64,000 bases of DNA from Prorocentrum cordatum (taxonomy: Eukaryota). Below the pieces are notes generated by a model. The model was not told the origin of the DNA, searched no databases, and saw only the letters and a program-made list of their open reading frames with translations. The stretch lies in contig CAUYUJ010000336.1 of assembly GCA_963575745.1 (NCBI GenBank), positions 124,001-188,000 on the forward strand. Reading direction: 5' to 3'. Both the position numbers and the translations under genes were made by a program. Below are positions 61,201-64,000 of this stretch, piece by piece (position 1 is the stretch's first letter; the number at the start of each line of letters is the position of its first letter).

Positions 61201-62751
61201 CAGTCCCAGCCACTGGCTGCTGGGCACCCCGACTTTCGCTCCTACTTCGGCCTACCTACAGGAGGATCACGCGCAGCTTCGCCTCGCCCGCACGCACGAC
61301 ACGAACACGAAACCGAAACCGATGTCCCGGTGGGGGGTCTCCGTTTCACTGCGATCTCACCCCCCAACCTCCGACAACCCTACACCGCTCTCCCTTCCCC
61401 CTCATCCGTTTCTCATGAAGACCCCAGAACCCGACCTTTGGACTTGGCGACAGTTTCACGCTTCGCAGCCCCCCCAGAAATGGCGACGTCTAATCGAAGT
61501 CCTTGCAGGCCCCGACTACGCTGCCCCCCCCAGCAGCCCTCGAACGTGGCGACATTTTCACACTTCGCAGCCCCCCAAGGATGGCGAGGTCTAATCTGAA
61601 TCCGCGTAGGCCACGATTCTGCTAGCCCTCCCAGCATGCCTCGAAAGTGGCGACAGCCCTGGGCACCGTTACATGCAGCTAACGAGGGTAACATGTGCGA
61701 CAACGGCTGCGTAAGGCAAATCATTATGACAGAAGTTTACACCCTCTCACCACACGTTCCGGAACGTTCCGGAAGCCCTCTACGTGAGCATTGTCGGACA
61801 AATCTCTTTTGGGTCCCCACCCATTCCTCGCGAGCCCACGCCAGGAAAGCCCCAACAGGGGCCCCTGAGTCCAAGACGAGGGGCCCAGAAGCTTCTGAAG
61901 AGGGTATCCAGACAACTCTAGACCGCACTCCCTTCTTCCTCCTCGTCCACCTCCTCCACGCCCCAAGAACCACACCCAGGAATCCCGACCGCCAAGAGGA
62001 CCCCAAGACAATTTCCACGTGCGAAGGGGGCACGACCTGCCCAACATGTACGACGATGGTTGCGCACAGCAGCGGGATATGCAAGACGCGTTGCGCCATA
62101 CCACCACATGCTCCAGAACGTTCTGGAAGTCCTCCGCCGGAACATTCTCGTCACACGTTTTCGTGGGTCTCCCCACGTTTCTCACCAGCCGTCGCCGAGC
62201 TAGACGAGGCAAATCTATCGGCGGCAGTCGCGAGGGAGCAGAACATGCAGTGAACATGCGGATGGCGATGAAGCGAGAGCGATGTCGTCCGCCCGGCATC
62301 CTTATAATCAAAAGTCTAAGTCAAGTGTCTCGTCGGTTCCATGCGAGCTCCTGTTCCACAAGCTCGTCAATGGGGTTTCCTACGGCGCTCCTCGCGCATG
62401 CGCGCGCAATTGAGGTCCCAAAGGGGCTTCTCTCACACTGTACTCCCCTCCAAGATGTTTTCAAAACCTTCTTCCACGTCCCCAAAAATAGTCATGAACG
62501 CCCCAAGAGGCCCCAAGAGGCGATGGCTGCACACGGCAGCTCCCGAGTACAGTGTCCCTCCCCGTTGCACCGATCACTGTTGCAAGAAGGCGAGAGCAAA
62601 GGGATCATGCAGGGAAGAAGAGATGGACGACCGGGGAGCGGAGGAGGACGAGGGGAAGGATGAGAGAAGAGGAATGGATGAGGGAGTGGTACATGCCCGA
62701 TCAGATCACGCCCCAGAAGTGGTTGCGACATGCACCCATTGTGTTCTGGCG

Positions 62752-62790
62752 CTAGAACCTAAGCACGCGCGAAGCGCGCGGTTCCCTAAG
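62752..62790 (+). mobile_element. Hairpin mini-element, copy 2
   Basis: ctagaacctaagcacgcgcgaagcgcgcggttcc. Confidence 0.6.
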
Positions 62791-63020
62791 GAGAAAAGAG
62801 GTAATGTGATGAGGAAGAGCTGTCGGAGGGAGGAGAAGGGAGAAAACAGATGAGGGAAACGAGGGGGGATCATAGCTGCCCTTCTCTTATCGAGGCCTCC
62901 CTTACCGTATTTTTCACGTGTTCCCACCCGCATGCAGTCGCACCAAGTTGCGAGAGAGGATATGAAGGCATAGCAGAAAAAATACGATGGGAAGTGGGGA
63001 TGCGGACAATCACTCCCGGA

Positions 63021-63059
63021 CTAGATCCTAAGCGTGCGCGAAGCGCACGTGGCTCAAGT
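63021..63059 (+). mobile_element. Hairpin mini-element, copy 3
   Basis: ctagatcctaagcgtgcgcgaagcgcacgtggctcaagt. Confidence 0.6.
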
Positions 63060-64000
63060 GGTGCTATACCTGAAATCACATACGACAGACAAGCGCAAGT
63101 ATGCTTCGTCTGGCGATCCGAACCAACGAGTTCCAGTACATCAAGAGGTATGTTCTTGATGCGTGTTGTCGGCGCCTGTCGCTGATGTTTGTAATCGATG
63201 CATGTTCTCGACATGTGTCCTTGACGTTTAGTCGTTGGGCCTATGTTTGATGTGCGCGGTGCTGATGTGCATAATTGGTGTGTTTTCTTGGTGTATGTTA
63301 TTGGTGATGATGATTGATGTTTGTTTTACACGTCTGTTCGACAAGTTCTCCAATTAGTGCTTGCACTGAAAGGTTCCTAGCGGAGACTGAAAGGCTAGGC
63401 AAAGGTTTCGAGCCTCTTTCGGTGGGCGGCCAGGCTCGCTGGTTCCAGGTTTCGATGCGGGGCCTGCAGGTTAGAGCTCTGGGCAGATGTCGGTAAGCTG
63501 CCGGGTTTCTCGGTTGCGCGGTTTCCTTGTTTTTGGTTTTGTTGGTCCAGCTTCTCGTCGAGATAATAAGCAATATTTCGGTTCTTGCGCCCACGGCCAG
63601 GCTGAGAGTTGAGAGAACATGTCAGAGAGTAAAGGCCAGAAGTGAGCAGAGAGAACAGAGAGTACTGTGAGAGATCAAGGTACTTAATATCGGGATGAGA
63701 GGCCTTATTCGAATAAGCAGGGTAGCATTGTAGAGGAAGGAGGGAGGGATTGATATAGAAAGAAAGAGAGAGATAGAGAGCGAGAGACAGACAGGCAGAC
63801 AGAACGAGAGAGGGGTGAAGTTACACTTGTATGCACATTTAGACACATATGTAGGCTTATCCTGGGGAAGGACCCAGTCATATGCAGCTATGCGTACCGC
63901 AATTGTGAATATCTTTTTCGGTGGAGCTCCCTATGGGACCACGAGGCGCTGCTCTGGGTGGTGGTGGGGGGTGCATGCGGGCGGTAGCACTGGTGCCTGC

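Noticed and set aside
63051..63058. SL-like ggctcaag (also near 650, 12868, 25964, 48695)
   Set aside because: Too short or mismatched; the 63051 instance is the degenerate right arm of the hairpin element.
1..64000. rRNA, tRNA or complete SL RNA genes
   Set aside because: No recognisable conserved motifs by eye; a covariance-model scan was not possible.

Overview
GC-rich, repeat-dominated eukaryotic DNA. A spliced-leader relic, candidate GC/GA splice donors and the repeat landscape suggest a dinoflagellate, possibly Prorocentrum-like (inference). Most ORF-track entries are artefacts of microsatellites and GC-rich repeats. Best-supported content: (1) one host gene at 10822-12176(+) for a probably secreted protein with an Ig/cadherin-like N-terminus and a laminin-B (domain IV)-like domain, interrupted by a 224-bp inverted-repeat element with no canonical splice sites at its edges; (2) a diverged ~12.4-kb tandem duplication (19196-31599 / 31601-43619); (3) a 7.8-kb DNA transposon (37574-45410) with 135-bp TIRs, a short TSD that does not fit hAT, and a long decayed transposase-like ORF with hAT-like motifs, plus a truncated copy in the first duplicate; (4) a decayed Ty3/gypsy-like pol on the minus strand; (5) many MITEs, one with a filled/empty TA site, a family of ~40-bp GAA-loop hairpin elements with a compensatory change, and many 5-12 bp period satellites. 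I recognised no CRISPR array, rRNA or tRNA. All protein-family calls come from motifs recognised by eye, not from database searches.
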